Notes: generated by a model not told the origin, from the sequence alone. A stretch of DNA of 64,000 nt from Candidatus Krumholzibacteriota bacterium (GCA_963727455.1 CAVSGG010000008.1:416001-480000); one strand, 5' to 3'; positions 19,573 through 29,333 are shown, numbered from the stretch's first letter. Translations and numbers: made by a program.

Positions 19573-20766
19573 CTACCAGTTGAACCAGGCCGAGATCCAG
19601 GCGAAGGTGTTGCCACCGGTGGCTCCGTTGAGGAAGTAACCACTGTGGACGTGACCCTCGTCGAGAGCGAAGTCCAGCCCGAAGCTGTCCTTGTCGATCC
19701 CGAAACCGGTGGTCCAGGTATACTCGAAGGTGCGGTACTTGTCCGAAGCCGCCCCGTTCTCCTGGGTGACGAAGACGTAGGACGAGACAACACCGGTCCG
19801 GACCACGAACCAGTCGTTCATGTAGTACTCACCAGCCAGGTTGTAACCGGGCAGGATGAGGCCTTTGATCGACTGATCGTCGTCAGGCGTGCTCGAGTCG
19901 TTACCGTTCTCACCCTTGGCGTAGGACAGAGTCAGATAACCGGCGACCTCCCACTGACCGGGCGTACCGAAGACCGGACCGAAGCTGCCCCGGAAGTCGG
20001 TCTCTTTGAGATCGTCCTGGCCGTTGGCATCCGGGCTGATCTTCGCATAGGAGAATCCGCCCAGGTAACGCCAGTTCTGGCCCCACACGTTGTTCAGACG
20101 ACCGCGTGCGGTGAGATCGAAGTTCATGCTGCTGTAGTCCTGCGAGGGAGTCGGTGAAGTGTTATCGCTGTAGCTTCCGATCCCGAGCTCAGCCGCTAGG
20201 TCCAGATTCGCGCTGGGGCTGTAGCCCAGCTGGAATCCGAAGTCATTGAAGCTATTGTCGGGATTGACCGTTCCGGCTCCGTTGTCGGTCTTGTTGGCGT
20301 CCGCGACCCAGGAGAAGGCAATCCCGAAGGGCTTGCCGCTCAGGTCCGTGGACCAACCCAGGTCCCACCACTGCCAATTTCGGGCCTGCGTAGCGGTGGA
20401 ATAGAGCCCACCGGGCAGGGTCCCGAAAGTGGGCATGCGGTCAAATCCGCCCCAGGTGTACAGCGCCGTCCGCGCGGTGGCGTCCTGACGGCCCGTGCTG
20501 AAGCGGAAGGTGTTCTTCTCTCCCCCCCAGATCAACGAGGCGTTCCCATTCATGTTGTAACCGAAATTGCTGGGAGCAAGATCGATGATCGCCATGTTTT
20601 GGTACTGCCCGTAGAGCTGAGGGAACGCGAACATGTCGTCCGCGTCGTCGATAAAGTAGTTCCCGGCCAATGCCGAGCGACGGGCCGCGTTCGCGTTGGA
20701 CGCGATACCCACCACCAGCAGAGCCAGAGTTAGAAGCGCAAATGCGCGCCAGACAGGAGACTTCAT
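19573..20766 (-). CDS. outer-membrane beta-barrel (porin-like) protein
   Basis: Sec signal peptide (ANA), Gly/Asn/aromatic-rich amphipathic strands, C-terminal WISAWFNW, strongly biased codon usage. Confidence 0.8.
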   Translation of the reverse strand: MKSPVWRAFALLTLALLVVGIASNANAARRSALAGNYFIDDADDMFAFPQLYGQYQNMAIIDLAPSNFGYNMNGNASLIWGGEKNTFRFSTGRQDATARTALYTWGGFDRMPTFGTLPGGLYSTATQARNWQWWDLGWSTDLSGKPFGIAFSWVADANKTDNGAGTVNPDNSFNDFGFQLGYSPSANLDLAAELGIGSYSDNTSPTPSQDYSSMNFDLTARGRLNNVWGQNWRYLGGFSYAKISPDANGQDDLKETDFRGSFGPVFGTPGQWEVAGYLTLSYAKGENGNDSSTPDDDQSIKGLILPGYNLAGEYYMNDWFVVRTGVVSSYVFVTQENGAASDKYRTFEYTWTTGFGIDKDSFGLDFALDEGHVHSGYFLNGATGGNTFAWISAWFNW

Positions 20767-20921
20767 ACCAGGTCGACTCCTCGTTACGTGCGAAGCACGT
20801 TTTCACGTTTGCCAGGCCACCAGGTTGTGCTGTGTGGAGTGCAGCCCAGCGACGCTTAGTTGAGGACAGCCTCCCTGCCGGCGCATGCGGGCGCACGGCG
20901 AGCTGTCCGACCGATCGCGGA

Positions 20922-20997
20922 ATTAGTACCGCAGCGAGTAAAAGTGTCAACGCAAAAATCGCGGTCAAGGTTTTGAGTCTGGTTAAATATTTACCAG
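20922..20997 (-). promoter_or_regulatory. putative promoter and palindromic operator upstream of the beta-barrel gene
   Basis: TTGACA (20945-20950) with ACTAAT 17 nt downstream. Near-palindrome CTGGTTAAATATTTACCAG at 20979-20997. Confidence 0.5.
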
Positions 20998-21081
20998 CCG
21001 ATTCTGAGCTCGTTTCCGCACCTGAATTCGAGTTTGCGCAAGCTTGTGGTCCCCGTGCGCGTTTTCCCTTAGTCTCACGGG

Positions 21082-23280
21082 ATGAACGTTGAACCGGCCA
21101 CTTTTCCCCACGCTCCTCACGAGTCTTGGATGCGGCGATTTTTTCATCAGCATCGCGCGTGCCTTCTCGCGCTTTTCTTGGCTTGTTTGGCGGTGGGGGT
21201 CCGTGTCCCGCACCTCGGTTGGGGTCTACCCGACGTGGAAGAAGAGGCGCTGCCCATGAAGAAAGCGCTGGAGATGTGGGGATGGGACGAAGGGCATCTC
21301 CGTCTCGACCCGGAGACCGCAGGTTGGCCTTCCCTCTCCTTCTACATCCACCTCGGCGCGCAGAAGCTCCAGTACGGGGTCGGCCGGGTTCTCGGCATCT
21401 ATCATGACCGCTACGACTACGTCGTCGAGTGTGCTCTTGACCGGGGGCCCCTCGTGATCATCTCCCGTCTGATCGGCGTACTCTGCGCGGCTGTCGTGGT
21501 GTTTGTCGCCACGCGTTTGGCCTTTGGTCTGGGGGGAGGAGTCTCCGCTCTATTGAGCGGCGGGCTCTTGGCGCTTTCGCCCATGCTGGTTCGTCACGCC
21601 CAAATGGTGACCCCGGACATTCTCATGACCCTGTTTTCCGCCCTCGCCGTGGCGGAAATCCTGGCCGTCGCACGGCACGGACGCCGCCGCGACTACCTTC
21701 TTGCCGGAATCTTCATCGGCCTGGGAATCGCGTGCAAGTACACCCCCATCCTCTTCGCACTCAGCCTCTACCTGGTGCATCTGCAATCCCTTCGCGCGCG
21801 GGGGAAGAGTCTGCGCAAGGGGGGATTCGACGACCCCTCCTTGGGACTGGCCGCGCTCGGCTGTGTGCTGGCATTCGTCATCACGAGCCCGTACACCCTC
21901 ATCGATCTGACGGTCCTGAAGCGCGATTTTGCCTTCCAGATGCTTCATATGAGACGGGGGCACTTCGGCCAGGAGCATCAGGGGATTGGCGCTCTCTACT
22001 ACCTGCGCAGGGTCCTGCTTCCCGGTCTGGGAAGCGGTGGGTTACTCCTCAGCAGCGCCGGGTTGGTCCTGGCCAGCTGGAAGCTCGGTAGAATCTGGCG
22101 CAGCGTGGCCCTGTGTGCCCTCAGCTTCTTCGTGGGAATTGCCCTCCTGAATACTCGTTTTGAACGCTACATGCTGCCGCTGCTCCTCCCGCTCGCCCTG
22201 GGTTTGGCCGCCTGGCCCCCCCTGCTGCGCCACTGGATGAGCGAGGGTCGTAGAAGCCTGCAGAGGGCGCTGCTCTTGGGGATTGGACTCTTGGCGCTCG
22301 CCCCGGCCGCCTGGGGCACCTGGCAATACCACGAGCAAAGGGCACAGAAAGACACCCGCCAGATGGCGCTCGACTGGGCGATGAAGGATCTCCTCCCTTT
22401 GAATCCCGCTCTGGCCATGGAGGCCTATACCGCCAACCTCCCCACCGACTATACCGAACAGCTGTCCCGGCGCCCGTTCTTTGCGCGGCTCTCCAAGGCC
22501 CAGCAGACCCGCATTTTGGAACGAGCACAGTTCCGCGCAGACAAGATCCCGATGAATTCGGTGCAGGTGGAGTTGATCGCCTACTACTATGACCTGCGCC
22601 ATTTCCTTCCCTACGACTACATCGTCACCTCTTCCTCGGTACGCGGGCGCTACGAGGCCGATCCCAAGCGGTACCCGCGCCAGATTGCTTTCTATCGTGA
22701 TCTCAAGAACTACACGCAGATGGTGAAACGCTTTGCGCCGGAGGGGAACCGCAAGGGCCCGGAGATTCGTTTCTATCACTTCAGCGCCCAGGACAAGGCG
22801 CGTCTGGTGGCGGACAAGGGCACCTTCGATCCGGAAGACTACCTCCAGTTTTCGGATCAATTGCACGCGCCCCAGTTTTACGGCTTTGTCAGCTCCGTGG
22901 CCCAACGGGCACTGGAAGCGAAAATGTGGAAATTGGCCGCCGGAGAGCTGGACGTGATGATTCAGCTCTCGAAATCGGTCGAAATCACCCGGGCGACCCG
23001 GCTTCATCTGATCGAGAGAGCGGCCTTCGCCTACTTTCAGGAGGGCGAGTACGAGAAGAGCCTGGCGCGGAGTATGTTGTACTTGAAGGACGAACCGAAT
23101 TCCGCCGTGGTCCTGGGTTACCAGGCTCAGGCACTGGAAAAGCTGGGGGCAATCCAGGACGCGCTGCAAAGCTACCAGAAATGTGCGCAGGCCGCGGCGC
23201 AGCAAGGTAGACAGCCACAGTGGTATCAGTGGGCGCAGGAACGGATCGCGGAGCTCACCCAAAAGCTCAAGGGGAAGTGA
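21082..23280 (+). CDS. GT-C (GT39/PMT/ArnT-like) membrane glycosyltransferase with C-terminal TPR-like region
   Basis: GLPDVEE first loop, many TM helices, GIACKY, RYMLPL, helical C-terminus. Confidence 0.8.
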   Translation: MNVEPATFPHAPHESWMRRFFHQHRACLLALFLACLAVGVRVPHLGWGLPDVEEEALPMKKALEMWGWDEGHLRLDPETAGWPSLSFYIHLGAQKLQYGVGRVLGIYHDRYDYVVECALDRGPLVIISRLIGVLCAAVVVFVATRLAFGLGGGVSALLSGGLLALSPMLVRHAQMVTPDILMTLFSALAVAEILAVARHGRRRDYLLAGIFIGLGIACKYTPILFALSLYLVHLQSLRARGKSLRKGGFDDPSLGLAALGCVLAFVITSPYTLIDLTVLKRDFAFQMLHMRRGHFGQEHQGIGALYYLRRVLLPGLGSGGLLLSSAGLVLASWKLGRIWRSVALCALSFFVGIALLNTRFERYMLPLLLPLALGLAAWPPLLRHWMSEGRRSLQRALLLGIGLLALAPAAWGTWQYHEQRAQKDTRQMALDWAMKDLLPLNPALAMEAYTANLPTDYTEQLSRRPFFARLSKAQQTRILERAQFRADKIPMNSVQVELIAYYYDLRHFLPYDYIVTSSSVRGRYEADPKRYPRQIAFYRDLKNYTQMVKRFAPEGNRKGPEIRFYHFSAQDKARLVADKGTFDPEDYLQFSDQLHAPQFYGFVSSVAQRALEAKMWKLAAGELDVMIQLSKSVEITRATRLHLIERAAFAYFQEGEYEKSLARSMLYLKDEPNSAVVLGYQAQALEKLGAIQDALQSYQKCAQAAAQQGRQPQWYQWAQERIAELTQKLKGK

Positions 23281-23989
23281 AGCCCGCCTTCAAGGAACCG
23301 AAAGAGCTGGTGTCCGCGGGCAGACCCTTGCTCAGGCCGTCCAGGTCGTAATGAACCCAGTCCCAGATGCTCGCGCCCATCGACGGACGGCTGGTCGCTC
23401 CCATGATGACCCGTCCCACCTCGAGGCGGCTGCCGCCTTTGGGCTTCACCAGAACGACTTGGGTCCCATCCAGCCAGACTCCCACCAGCTCGCCGCCAGG
23501 CTCCTCGCTGGAGTTCTTGACCAGCTTCACATTGTGGAATTCGTCGAAGAAATCGGCGTTCACAGTGGCGAGCCAGGACCATTTGCCCGCGGGATTCATC
23601 TCCACGAGCTCCATGCGGTCGGCAAAGAAGTGCAGAGCCACCTGGAGATTGGGACGCGAGAACTCGAGCACGCTTCCCTTGCCGTCGAAGTTGCTGAGCG
23701 CCTTCAGGCGGGCGCTCAGAACGAGTCGCGTGGAGGAGGTGATCTGCCCCAGGAGCGTCTGGAAGTACACCTGATCGTCGGAGCGATTGTCGTTGATGAG
23801 CAGACTGCCGTCATCCAGCAGGAGAGCAGCACCGTCTCCGATCCGGGTCCAGGGGTTGGTGGCTTGGTCCGGATAGGTACTCATCTGGTAGTCCCCGGTG
23901 GCAACTTTCTCCATCTGTGCGAAACAGACCAAGGGGCCGACTACCGAGAGTAAGGCGGTGAGAAGAGCGATGCGGGTGGGGAATCGCAC
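23267..23989 (-). CDS. secreted beta-sandwich protein with C-terminal SFGSLKA motif
   Basis: GTG start after GGAGG, signal peptide, beta-rich body, ends LPADTSSFGSLKAGFTSP. Confidence 0.75.
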   Translation of the reverse strand: MRFPTRIALLTALLSVVGPLVCFAQMEKVATGDYQMSTYPDQATNPWTRIGDGAALLLDDGSLLINDNRSDDQVYFQTLLGQITSSTRLVLSARLKALSNFDGKGSVLEFSRPNLQVALHFFADRMELVEMNPAGKWSWLATVNADFFDEFHNVKLVKNSSEEPGGELVGVWLDGTQVVLVKPKGGSRLEVGRVIMGATSRPSMGASIWDWVHYDLDGLSKGLPADTSSFGSLKAGFTSP

Positions 23990-24199
23990 AAATTCCTCCC
24001 AAGGGACTGGGCGTGGGTCATTCCTCGGAGACGAGTGTACCACGGATCCCATCCGGAGCAGGAAAGAAATCCTGATCCGGACTATTTTTGTCGCTATCGT
24101 GTGCCGTGTGCTCGAGGGGTTCCCCGTGCGCAGCTTGGCGCGTCGGCCGTCCCCCGTCAAGCGAGGAAGTGATGAAATTGAGGAACATCCTTTGTGTAC

Positions 24200-24216
24200 T
24201 TGGTACGCGAAGTGCT
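24200..24216 (+). promoter_or_regulatory. sigma-54 -24/-12 promoter of the NlpC/P60 gene
   Basis: TTGGTACGCGAAGTGCT has GG-N10-GC spacing and is close to TGGCACG-N4-TTGC. Confidence 0.6.
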
Positions 24217-24262
24217 TTCCTGCGGAGTGGAATGCGACCCAATGCTGCCCTGGAATTCCGTC

Positions 24263-24835
24263 ATGAGAAAACTCGCGCCCATTCGTATCGCACGCCTCTT
24301 TCCGCTGCTGGCGCTCACCCTCCTGGCCGCCTGCGCTGGCCCTCCCCACAAGTCCGTCCTGCAGAGCGATCCGGAGCAGACCGTCTCTCCACCTGCTGAG
24401 AGCGCGCAGGGCGGGAGTGAAGCCTCGCGATCGCCAGAGCCGCTGCCCTCGAGCAGCCAGGAGGAGGTGCGCGCGCTCTTGCACACCGCGCGCTCGTACC
24501 TCGGGGCTCCGTATCGCTACGGTGGAGAAAGCGCGCGTGGCTTCGACTGTTCGGGGCTGGTGCGGAGCGTGTTTTCGCAGTTGGGGATCGAGCTTCCCCG
24601 TTCCTGCGCAGCCCAGGCGCAGCGCGGACTTCCGGTCGCGCGCACACAACTCGCGGCGGGAGATCTGGTCTTCTTCGGACGCGCAAAGGGAGCGCCCACC
24701 CATGTCGGGATCTACGAGGGGAAGAACCGCTTCATCCACGCCAGCACGGGCAAGGGTCGCGTGAGGCGCGACAGCCTTCAGGAGAGCTGGTTCGCGCGCC
24801 ACTATCGCGGCGCGCGTAGAATTCCCCTTCCCTAG
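24263..24835 (+). CDS. NlpC/P60 (C40) peptidase lipoprotein
   Basis: LLAAC lipobox, PYRYGG, FDCSG, GDLVFF, HVGIY, FIHAS. Confidence 0.93.
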   Translation: MRKLAPIRIARLFPLLALTLLAACAGPPHKSVLQSDPEQTVSPPAESAQGGSEASRSPEPLPSSSQEEVRALLHTARSYLGAPYRYGGESARGFDCSGLVRSVFSQLGIELPRSCAAQAQRGLPVARTQLAAGDLVFFGRAKGAPTHVGIYEGKNRFIHASTGKGRVRRDSLQESWFARHYRGARRIPLP

Positions 24836-24847
24836 CCAAGCCTCCGC

Positions 24848-26803
24848 TCAGAGTCCCGATGCCGCGGTCACGATCTGATCGCTTCCGTTGCAACTGAACA
24901 GAAGGTTGCGCGTGCCATCGCGCGCCCAGATTGCATGCCCGGGTCCTTGGCAACCGCCAGGGGCCGAAGTGGTGATGTTCGAGAGCACACTTCCGTCGCT
25001 GTCGATGAGGGTAACGGTATAGGTGTTGTCATTGTATCCGGTGCTGCACACCGCCACCGTCCCATCCCCCAGATCCAAGAGGTCAATCCCGATCGGACCG
25101 TCGCCGACGAGAACGTTCCGGACGACACTCGCGGTCGTGCCTCCATCCCAGAGCACGATCGTCAGGTCGTCGCTCTCGAAGTTGCTGACCACCGCGATCT
25201 GAGCTGCCGCGCGCACCCGTCGCGGACCGTCGCCCACCTCGCCCACGAGGCTCGCCGAGCCGCTGCCGTCGTGAGGATGCAGGTAAAGCTTGCCCGGCGT
25301 GCCATCGGCCACCACCAGCACGGGAGCGTCGATGGCATTCGAGAATGCGCTCACCAGGTGGCCGGGCAAGGGCGCGGGAAACTCGCTCTCGAGCAGAGCG
25401 GGGCTCCCCGCGGTAAACCCGTCGTTCACGGGATCATAGTTTTTGAAACCCACTTGGTTGTAGCTGAAGTTCACGTACACGAGACCCTCGCTAATGGTCT
25501 TGTTTCCGTAGCTGACCGCATCGGTCACGTTGGAGTTGTACGCCGCGTACTGCAGCTGGCCCCACTGCTCTGTCGCGGCGTCGTATTGGGTGATCCTGGC
25601 GTCGTTGGGCCCGAAGGCGAAGAACGCGTCGACATAGCCCGCCTGCTTCTGACTGGAGGTGTGGGAGAGCGGAAGCGCGCCGTAGCTCGCGAGGTTCGCC
25701 AGCAGGAAGGCGTTCAGCAGGGCGGTACCGTCGTGTGGATCGAGGACGGCCCAGCCGTTGGTCCCGGCCAACACCACCATGAAAACGGCGGCCAGAAGCC
25801 CGGCAAACGCGGGGCGCACGCGAAACAGGCCTTCCGGTGCGGTAACCGGGGCATCGGCCACCCCCACTTCACTCGTGTCGCCTCCTCCCCCCGCACAGTC
25901 GATGCTCAGCTTGAAGAAGACCGTATAGGTTCCGGTACCCGAGAGCGTCTCCGACAGGCGGTAATCGGAAAAGACTACGGCCGCCGCCAGAGTGCCGGCG
26001 GCGTCCGCGTTGCAGGTGCAGGTGTAGGACTGCAGGGAGCTCATGATCTCCGGGGTAGCGGCGTCCAGCTGTCCCAGTCCCTTCTCCACCTCGCCCGAAT
26101 AGCTGAGTAGGTTGCCGGACACGAGAGCGCAACGATCCTCGAATGTCGCCGTTCCCTCGAATTGCGAGCCCTCGTGCCGGTTGACGAAAAGAACCGGAGC
26201 AAAGGGACCGCCGCAGGGCACCGGCGAGGGGATCCCGTCGAGGCCTGCGCTCACCGCTACCTTCTCCAGGATTCCATACACTGCGGTGCCATACGCTTGG
26301 AGGGTGACCTGCTCGGTATGGCTATCGCCGTCCAGGAGCATCTCCTGGGAATCCAGCACCACGGGGTCACCACCGCTCTCGCGCAGGACGGCAAGCAAAG
26401 TGGGGATATCCGCTGGAAGGCCGTCCGTCTTGATGTTCGAAGGCGCCGGGATGCGATAGCTGAGGGTCGCTGGCTTGAGGAAGTCCAGGGCCTCGGGTTC
26501 CACCCGGTAGGCGAGTTCCGCTCCCTCTGCGAACAGGGAATTCGGCAGCTCTCCCCCGGTGAGCTTGGTGATCGAGATGCTGGTGGTCTGAACCAGGGCC
26601 CCATCGGGGATCGTCAGGATGAGTCGGCCGTCCGCCGAGCTGATGGTGCCGCCGGTGGGGTCGACGACCACGATCACCGGAGCCTCTCCGGAGTCTGCGG
26701 GGCTGGCACTGTCCTCCGAGCAGCCGGGAAACAGCGCCGCCGCCAGAAGCAGGGCCAGCAGCTGTGGAAGACACAATCGAAACCGACAATTCGGGCGAGA
26801 CAC
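24848..26803 (-). CDS. lipoprotein with ZU5-like N-domain and beta-propeller C-domain
   Basis: LFPGC lipobox, GGTISS...LTIPDGAL (ZU5-like), repeated VGDGP blades. GTG start after GGAGG. Confidence 0.72.
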   Translation of the reverse strand: MSRPNCRFRLCLPQLLALLLAAALFPGCSEDSASPADSGEAPVIVVVDPTGGTISSADGRLILTIPDGALVQTTSISITKLTGGELPNSLFAEGAELAYRVEPEALDFLKPATLSYRIPAPSNIKTDGLPADIPTLLAVLRESGGDPVVLDSQEMLLDGDSHTEQVTLQAYGTAVYGILEKVAVSAGLDGIPSPVPCGGPFAPVLFVNRHEGSQFEGTATFEDRCALVSGNLLSYSGEVEKGLGQLDAATPEIMSSLQSYTCTCNADAAGTLAAAVVFSDYRLSETLSGTGTYTVFFKLSIDCAGGGGDTSEVGVADAPVTAPEGLFRVRPAFAGLLAAVFMVVLAGTNGWAVLDPHDGTALLNAFLLANLASYGALPLSHTSSQKQAGYVDAFFAFGPNDARITQYDAATEQWGQLQYAAYNSNVTDAVSYGNKTISEGLVYVNFSYNQVGFKNYDPVNDGFTAGSPALLESEFPAPLPGHLVSAFSNAIDAPVLVVADGTPGKLYLHPHDGSGSASLVGEVGDGPRRVRAAAQIAVVSNFESDDLTIVLWDGGTTASVVRNVLVGDGPIGIDLLDLGDGTVAVCSTGYNDNTYTVTLIDSDGSVLSNITTSAPGGCQGPGHAIWARDGTRNLLFSCNGSDQIVTAASGL

Positions 26804-26907
26804 GGGGTACCTCCAGGGCGTGCCCGTCGGCGCTGCCTCGGCCAATCGCTTCCGCGGGGAGACCGTGGGCCCTGGGTTCCTCGCCAAGGAGACGTCGACG
26901 ATCAGAG

Positions 26908-26931
26908 AATGAAAACGTATTTCATTTTCAT
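26908..26931. promoter_or_regulatory. Fur-box-like inverted repeat
   Basis: AATGAAAACGTATTTCATT with an extra TTTCAT half-site, about 105 nt upstream of the lipoprotein start. Confidence 0.5.
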
Positions 26932-27092
26932 ACTTTAGCAGAGATTGGCTTCCGAGGTCCATGACCATCGGCGTGGAGTGGAGTGTCCTGGGAGGAATGC
27001 AAAGACCGGGAGTCGAAGCGACGCAAGGAAAACCGCCAGGGAGCGCGGTGCCGGTGCCGCGATCCTCGCCGTCTCGTCGAAGTTCGTTGCGC

Positions 27093-27521
27093 TCAGGCTT
27101 GTAGAGCCCGCTTCTTCTCGATGACGGTCGCCATGTCGGCCAGACTCATCTGGCTGAGCTGTCCGAAGAAACTGTCGCGCAACTCGCTCCATGTTTCATG
27201 CAGTGGGCAGGGAGCTTCGTCGCTGCACTCGTCCAGGCCCAGCACACAGCGGGCGCTGTTGTGACCCGGTTCGAGGATCGCAATGACCTCTTCCGCCGTG
27301 AGACTCTCCGGATCCCGTGCGAGTGCGAACCCACCCCCCGGTCCCTTGGTGGAGCGGACCAAACCGTGTCCGGCCAGCTGCTGGAGGATCTTGGCCAAAT
27401 AGTGGCGCGGAATGGACTCCACTTCGGCGATCTCCCTCACGAGACAGGGACCGTCCTCACGGTGGATGGCGAGATAGATGAGTGCGCGAATTCCGTATTC
27501 ACACGAACTGGAGAACAACAA
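27093..27521 (-). CDS. Rrf2 family transcriptional regulator (three C-terminal Cys, likely Fe-S binding)
   Basis: EYGIRAL, YLAKIL, STKGPGGGF, CVLGLDECSDEAPCPLH. Confidence 0.92.
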   Translation of the reverse strand: MLFSSSCEYGIRALIYLAIHREDGPCLVREIAEVESIPRHYLAKILQQLAGHGLVRSTKGPGGGFALARDPESLTAEEVIAILEPGHNSARCVLGLDECSDEAPCPLHETWSELRDSFFGQLSQMSLADMATVIEKKRALQA

Positions 27522-27677
27522 GGTTTCCCCCTCATACCCTCAAGGGTGCCTGGAGATCACAAGAGAATGCAGGATATTCTACCCATTTTCTCGTGCGATG
27601 CACCCGAAAAGAATCAAAAAATGCGCGCCAGCGCCCTCTTTTCTTCTCTCTACGAGGAACGGGGCCGACGCTCCAAG

Positions 27678-29222
27678 TCAGACTGCCGCGACGATCTCCG
27701 GATCGAGCTCAGGCCAGCGGGCCATGTACTCCGCTCTCTCCTTGCGCAAGCGTTCCACGTGCTCCTTGTATTCCTCCATACGACCCGCGCGCTCATAGAG
27801 CTGCCGTGGCCGCAAGAGTTCCCCGTCCTCCTCGGGGAAACCGGGAACGGAGCTGGCTATCTGGTAGCCGAAATCGGGATCTTCCTCCCACTCGATCGTT
27901 CCCTCGGCGATGGCTTTCACCACCGCGGAGGAATGAGGAATCTTCACCTTCTTGCTTCCGCTCTGAGCCTCGGCTCCTCCCACTCGTCCCGTGCTCATGA
28001 GATAGACTTCCATGGGACAGTTCTTGAGCAGCTCGTGGAATCGATTTCCCTGCTCGGCTTGGAGCCGCGGGAAGAAGGGATTCGTGCCGGGAACTCGCAA
28101 GCTCTTGCCCGCTTCTTCCTTTCCCCCCGCGCTGGTCCCTTTGGTCTCCCCCAACATGAAGTAGGCTGCGGCCTGCACCGGCGAGAGTTTGGCGACGGCG
28201 GGAATGATGTGCTCGTTGCGGTTGAGGATGAGCAGAAAATCCGCCTTGCCCAAATCGCGCGCATCGGCGGCGTCTTTGACCTGACTCATGGCGAAGACGG
28301 CTCGTCCGTTCTGCGTATAGCTCGTGTCGAAGAAGTCCAACTTACCCTGATCGCCCTGGCTCACGTTCTCCAGCCAGGCGTCGGGCTGGGTGACGGCCCC
28401 ATAGATGGTGGGCTCGAATTCGGGATCCAGACCGAAGGTCTTTGCGAAGCAACCATTCTCGGTGGAGTAGACGACTCCTCCCGGCATCAACGCTACGAAA
28501 TCGTCCTGCACCGGCTGGCTGTGATTTTGGGAGGTGAAGGTCGTCGTGGTCTTGCCCGTTCCCGAGAGACCGACGATCAGCCCCACTCTCTTCTTGTCTT
28601 TCACGGGAATGACCTTGCATCCGGCGTGCAAGGCGAGACCTCCGCGCTCGTAGACCATGTTGTTCCACATGCGCAGACCACCCTTCTTGGACTCGCCGAA
28701 ATAGTCGCTGTTGCACACGCGAGTGATTCGACGGTCCAAGTCCACCGAGATGATCCGGTCGTTGGGATAGCCCTTCACCGCCAAGCGAGGAGTGTAGATC
28801 ACGGTGAGCTCGGGCTCGAAATCCTCGGTACCCGGCGAAGCAGGATCGTAGTACAGCGTCTGTTGCATCACCGCGATGTTCGCCGCAGAACGGTCGATGA
28901 TGAGGCGAGCCGCAGTGCGAAAATTCCTATCGTTGCCGATGTAGCCATCGATGACGATCATATCGCAGTCCTTGATGTGCTCGTCCTGCAGTGCCGCGAC
29001 CCGAGCCCCCTCTTCCCGGCTGATGCACGGGTCGGAGTGTTGCTCGGGGTGATCGGTGACGAGGAAGGTGCTGGACTTGCTGCGGGCAGTGGCCTTGGTG
29101 GCGACGTTGAAATTGTCGAACTCGGTGAGCCGAGAGTTCTTCATCTCGGACACCATCTTTCGAAGTTCTTCACGACTGGGATTGAAGTGGATTTTCCGAG
29201 CCTGGATGGGCAGCTTCGCCAT
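27678..29222 (-). CDS. pckA: phosphoenolpyruvate carboxykinase (ATP)
   Basis: YFGESKKG, LHAG, GLSGTGKTT, QDD, ENGCFAKT, NGRA. Confidence 0.92.
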   Translation of the reverse strand: MAKLPIQARKIHFNPSREELRKMVSEMKNSRLTEFDNFNVATKATARSKSSTFLVTDHPEQHSDPCISREEGARVAALQDEHIKDCDMIVIDGYIGNDRNFRTAARLIIDRSAANIAVMQQTLYYDPASPGTEDFEPELTVIYTPRLAVKGYPNDRIISVDLDRRITRVCNSDYFGESKKGGLRMWNNMVYERGGLALHAGCKVIPVKDKKRVGLIVGLSGTGKTTTTFTSQNHSQPVQDDFVALMPGGVVYSTENGCFAKTFGLDPEFEPTIYGAVTQPDAWLENVSQGDQGKLDFFDTSYTQNGRAVFAMSQVKDAADARDLGKADFLLILNRNEHIIPAVAKLSPVQAAAYFMLGETKGTSAGGKEEAGKSLRVPGTNPFFPRLQAEQGNRFHELLKNCPMEVYLMSTGRVGGAEAQSGSKKVKIPHSSAVVKAIAEGTIEWEEDPDFGYQIASSVPGFPEEDGELLRPRQLYERAGRMEEYKEHVERLRKERAEYMARWPELDPEIVAAV

Positions 29223-29333
29223 GGTTCCTCCGGAATGAGTCGTTCCTGAAGTCGCGGGGGGAGCTCGTCAGCAGAGGACGAGAATTCGGCCCGAACGTCC
29301 GTATGTCGCCCCTATCGTAGAGGATGGTATGCA

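Noticed and set aside
23990-24802. N-terminal extension of the 511-aa minus-strand ORF
   Set aside because: Antisense to NlpC/P60. The real start is the GTG at 23989 after GGAGG.
27566-27592. Possible Rrf2 autoregulatory operator (CAGGATATTCTACCCAT)
   Set aside because: The dyad symmetry is too weak to support from sequence alone.
27198-29249. 683-aa plus-strand ORF
   Set aside because: Antisense shadow of pckA and rrf2, typical of high-GC codon bias, with no recognisable motifs.
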